DNA of 63,740 bases, counting the filler, from Octopus bimaculoides (Eukaryota): NCBI RefSeq assembly GCF_001194135.2. It is 4 parts of 4 records of this genome, joined end to end, with 100 filler letters (N's around TTAATTAATTAA, not from the genome) between each part and the next. Parts side by side here need not be neighbours in the genome. Positions count along the whole stretch, not along the records: positions 33,485 to 62,486 come from NC_068988.1; positions 62,587 to 63,740 come from NC_068995.1; 2 more parts are not named here. One strand, 5' to 3'. Numbering within the stretch: the first letter of the stretch is position 1; each line of letters opens with the position of its first letter. Under the pieces are notes generated by a model, which saw only the letters and a program-made list of their open reading frames with translations, was not told the origin of the DNA and ran no database searches. The position numbers and the translations under genes were made by a program. Positions 62,401 to 63,740 of the stretch are shown here, in pieces.

Positions 62401-63145
62401 ATGAAAGAATAATTTTAAGATGTCAGACTAGAGTCAACCATTTTAGCTGTCAAACTATATAAATTAGATTTCTTTGATCAAACATTNNNNNNNNNNNNNN
62501 NNNNNNNNNNNNNNNNNNNNNNNNNNNNNNTTAATTAATTAANNNNNNNNNNNNNNNNNNNNNNNNNNNNNNNNNNNNNNNNNNNNATATACGGTAGGCA
62601 GTTGCTGCCTACGGTATTCACCCCCAAGTTGCCGCGACGTTGGACTGAACCCAAAACAATATGGTCGTGAAACGAACTTCTTAACAACACAGCATCTCTG
62701 TTTCTCTCTCTCTCTCATACACACATACACACACACACTCGCTCTCATACACACACACACACACACAGAGACAAACACTCGCTCACACACACACACAAAC
62801 AGAGGAACGGTGTAATACAAGAAAATCTTAAACGGTCTGCGACGGCAAACAGCGAATACAAATTGTTCGTAATGTGGAATAAATTATTTTGCTACGAAGA
62901 CGGAGAGTTGCCAAATTGCACTACAACGAACAGATTATGATACCTGTTAGAACTGTAGGCTTGTTTGGGTTTTGGCTTTTGGTTTTTTAGGTTTTTGGGT
63001 GGTGGGGGTTTGACTATGATAGTGGAGGGGGTGCTTTAGATTTTAAACTCTCAGAGATAATATAAGAATTCTATTGAAAATCATATTCACTATCTAAGTT
63101 AATTAGAACCTACCTACAAGCAGACAGACAGACAGACAGACAGAC

Positions 63146-63206
<61 letters not shown>

Positions 63207-63524
63207 TACATAGCTATTTATATGTTTAGTTAGTCTGTTACCTACCTATTTATCAATCCATTCGTGTATATATATATATGTGTGTGTTTAAACGGCGAAA
63301 AGTTATAAAACTGACTCAAGGTCTGAAAGTTTCGCTCATGCTACTTTTCAAACTGACTTCAAATCTGAAATCTTGTTTCTTATATGGAGAGAATTACAAC
63401 TCTTTCTAGAAAGTTCCGATTGGAGGATCATGAAAAAATTGTGTATTTTCACATAGTCTGCCCGTTAAACAGAGAAGATTTTATTTATTTATGTATTTAT
63501 TTTCGTCCGTCTCTATGTTCACAG

Positions 63525-63740
63525 TTTTAATTCCACCGAAGTCGACTTTGCCTTTCATCCTTTCGAGATCGATAAAATAAGTACCAGTTACCACTGGTGT
63601 CGATGTAACCAACTTATCCCCTCCTCGAAATTGCTGGCATTGTGCCAAAATTTGAATTTAGAATAAGGCGGTGAGCTGGCAGAAACGTTAGCACGCCGGG
63701 CAAAATGCTTAGCGGTATTTCGTCTGCCGTTACGTTCTGA
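63525..63740 (+). mobile_element. Two CpG-intact SINE copies in tandem, the second cut by the window end
   Basis: ccaccgaagtcgactttgcctttcatcctttcgag...; ggcggtgagctggcagaaacgttagcacgccggg... Confidence 0.85.

Noticed and set aside
62820-62950. CpG-rich unique-looking segment as a possible exon
   Set aside because: Stops in the frames tested, and no eIF3d C-terminal sequence

Overview
AT-rich, microsatellite-dense animal genomic DNA from a gapped draft assembly. The SINE, RTE and mariner families point to a coleoid cephalopod, most likely Octopus (inference). The one confidently identified gene is eIF3d (translation initiation factor 3 subunit D) on the + strand. It has 11 coding exons from ATG 33725 to 62004 (453 codons), all GT-AG and phase-consistent, and its 3' end lies outside the window. 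To its left, on the - strand, is a chain of small phase-compatible exons (11864-11954, 10645-10761, 5832-5894, 3520-3555). They encode an unrecognised Tyr-rich, probably disordered peptide. A possible first exon lies inside eIF3d intron 1, which would make an overlapping head-to-head pair. Much of the rest is nested transposon debris: RTE, CR1-like, R4-like and Penelope retroelements, several tRNA-derived SINE families, mariner/maT/Tigger, hAT, Helitron, Harbinger-like remnants, a probable solo LTR, and Merlin (ISXO2/IS1016-like) derivatives that bracket eIF3d exon 2. All alignments were done by eye and repeat boundaries are approximate.
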